This document shows, in pieces, positions 23,668-25,623 of a DNA stretch of 25,623 bases (the stretch's first letter is position 1; each line of letters opens with the position of its first letter). The DNA is from a virus (taxonomy: Duplodnaviria > Caudoviricetes). The notes beneath the pieces are model-generated. The model was not told the DNA's origin. It saw only the letters and a list, made by a program, of their open reading frames with translations, and searched no databases. A program made the translations under genes and the position numbers. The stretch lies in IMG/VR virus record IMGVR_UViG_3300034073_003672, positions 1 through 25,623 of that record. The stretch is one strand, 5' to 3'.

Positions 23668-25623
23668 CGAATGGGCAGAAGCTAACCGCATATTGCCGCC
23701 TGGCAGTCCGGAGCCAGGTCCTTTCCGTTATACCCGAACCCCTTACATGGTGCCTGTGTGCCGCGCCTTTGCCTCCCCAAGATACAAGCGGGTTACGTTT
23801 GTCATGGGAACGCAGATGGGTAAGTCAGCGACCATGTTTAACGTGATTGGGTGGCGTCTGGATGATGACCCAGCGCCGGTGATCTACGTTGGCCCAACGC
23901 AGTCGAACATTGACAAGGTGGTCGAGCCGAAAATTGCTGAAATGTTCAGGGAGTGCGACAGCCTGAACCGCAAGCTGAAGAAGGAAAAAGGCGAAACTTC
24001 AAAGCACCGGAAAAACGTTGGCGGTGTTCACTTGCGTTTAGCCTGGGCAGGTTCAGCCACTGAGCTGGCGTCTGACTCGGCCGCGCTGACACTGGTTGAT
24101 GAAATCGACAGACCAGATGACAACGCCAGCGGCGAGGGTTCACTAGAAGAAATTGCCGAAGCCCGGGGCGATGCTTACGCAGACTCTAAAACGGGTTATA
24201 CCGCGACCCCGACAGAAGGGCGCGCCGAGCGTTACACGCACCCAGTCACCGGTCACACACACTGGGCCGTGACAGATCCAAAACAGCTATTTTCACCTGT
24301 ATGGCGACTATGGCAGTCAGGCACCAAGCACGAATGGATGGTGCCGCACCTTGATCCTGCTTGTGGCGAGTACTTCAGCCCATCCAGTGAACTACTGTGG
24401 TGGCCAGGCAAGGGTACTGATGCGGAATGCACCCCGAGCCATGCCAGTCGCCATGCCAAGCTGATTTGTCCGCACTGCGGCGCTCAGATTGATGATTCTG
24501 AACGAAGCCGCATGAACGCCAGAGGGGTGGCCGTTGCTCCAGGGCAACTAGCCAAGTCTCACAGTGAAGGTTTTGTGTCCATCACCCAGGGTGATCAGGT
24601 GCATATAGTGCCGTACTGGACAGCCGTTGAAACGGATGATGGTAACGACAGTTTCAGCATATGGGTCAGCGGCCTTTGCTCCTTCAGCGCAAAAAAATCA
24701 TTTGGTTTCCTAGCTAAAAAGCTGCTGGAAGCCATCAAGTCGGGCGACCCTGGCAAGATGATGGCTGTACATAACACCGGTTTTGGTGAAGTGCATAGCG
24801 CCATTGGTGACGCTCCAGCCTGGGAAGAAGTGTACGAACTGCGCGACACCTATTCAGCTGGTCAGGTCCCAGAAGGATTTGACCAGTTGATCTGCACGGT
24901 GGACGTGCAAAAAGACCGAGTTTATTACGTGGTCAGGGCATGGCGTCCAGGCATGACCAGCCGTCTGGTTGAATGGGGTGAAATCTGGGGCGATACCGAC
25001 AAGCCAGAAGTCTGGGACGAAGTCGCCAACCTACTGGAACAAGAGTGGGAAGGCCGAACGCTCAGCCTGATGGGGGTAGATGCTGGTTATCGCACTGATG
25101 AAGTGCTGATGTTTGTCAGAAAGCATAAGGGCCGCACCAGGGCGCTGATGGGATTTGAACGGCTGTCAAAAGCGTTTCGGATGGCACGGCTCGAAGTAGA
25201 CACCAAAGGCAAAACCCGTAAGCACGGCGATAAACGCTGGGACTTTGATGCTGGTTTAGCAAAAGCCTGGGTTCATAGCCGAGTTCGCTGGCCAAAAGGT
25301 CAGGATGGTGACTGGCGCTTACCTGCAGACGTGTCGGAAGAGTATTGCCAGCACATTGTTGCTGAAGAATACGACGAAAGCACAGGCAAGTGGGTAAAGG
25401 TCGCCAAGCGTAACGACTACCTAGACTGCGAAGGCATGAATTATATGTGCGCTCGAATGCTCAGGATTGACCGTAAAAAAGCCCCCACAGACAAAAGCGA
25501 ACCTGTGCCAGATGATGAAAAACATGATCTGCCCAGCGATTCAGACGATGAACCAAAGAAAACCCGCCCAGTGAAGCGCCGGTCAACAGCTGCCAAGAGG
25601 CGGCCGCGCCAGGGCTTTGTTGC
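23606..25623 (+). CDS. terL: Terminase large subunit (lambda gpA family), 3'-truncated; start uncertain (23522, 23606 or 23618)
   Basis: EWAEANR, RTPYM, GTQMGKS, VDEID, TVDVQ and NDYLDCE motifs. The frame reads through to the window end wherever I translated it. Confidence 0.92.
   Translation, partial: MLNIVATTAEIVTAPPPRAADEWAEANRILPPGSPEPGPFRYTRTPYMVPVCRAFASPRYKRVTFVMGTQMGKSATMFNVIGWRLDDDPAPVIYVGPTQSNIDKVVEPKIAEMFRECDSLNRKLKKEKGETSKHRKNVGGVHLRLAWAGSATELASDSAALTLVDEIDRPDDNASGEGSLEEIAEARGDAYADSKTGYTATPTEGRAERYTHPVTGHTHWAVTDPKQLFSPVWRLWQSGTKHEWMVPHLDPACGEYFSPSSELLWWPGKGTDAECTPSHASRHAKLICPHCGAQIDDSERSRMNARGVAVAPGQLAKSHSEGFVSITQGDQVHIVPYWTAVETDDGNDSFSIWVSGLCSFSAKKSFGFLAKKLLEAIKSGDPGKMMAVHNTGFGEVHSAIGDAPAWEEVYELRDTYSAGQVPEGFDQLICTVDVQKDRVYYVVRAWRPGMTSRLVEWGEIWGDTDKPEVWDEVANLLEQEWEGRTLSLMGVDAGYRTDEVLMFVRKHKGRTRALMGFERLSKAFRMARLEVDTKGKTRKHGDKRWDFDAGLAKAWVHSRVRWPKGQDGDWRLPADVSEEYCQHIVAEEYDESTGKWVKVAKRNDYLDCEGMNYMCARMLRIDRKKAPTDKSEPVPDDEKHDLPSDSDDEPKKTRPVKRRSTAAKRRPRQGFV

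Noticed and set aside
613-24849. Many antisense or overlapping ORFs in the track (e.g. 2435-2938, 5774-6226, 13711-14118, 15577-15975, 22971-23534)
   Set aside because: They are shadows of well-supported genes and have no recognisable motifs.

Overview
About 25.6 kb of a temperate linear-plasmid (telomere) phage resembling VP882, phiHAP-1 and N15, probably from a gammaproteobacterial host. Gene order: P2-like contractile tail genes (tube, chaperone with a -1 frameshift, tape measure, gpU, gpX, gpD), a Dam-family methyltransferase, a leftward accessory operon, a type Ib ParA plus ribbon-helix-helix partner, an intact telRL palindrome, protelomerase, an unexplained three-gene module, primase-helicase RepA, a cI-like repressor, TraR/DksA, Q, early genes, a late promoter and structured leader, lysis genes, an Acb2 anti-CBASS sponge, a lambda-like cos, TerS and a partial TerL. 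The best candidate for a new system is the three-gene operon in the repA-telN slot, where VP882 carries vqmA-phage and qtip. It encodes an 85-aa precursor with two identical 13-aa cores (TSGGKDKTDPPVV) written in synonymously diverged codons, a multi-pass membrane protein and a 77-aa small protein. The neighbouring repressor looks degenerate at its autocleavage site. Five dispersed 8-bp-periodic repeat arrays sit upstream of parA, repA, two early genes and terS. All family assignments come from motif recognition and synteny; no database search was run.
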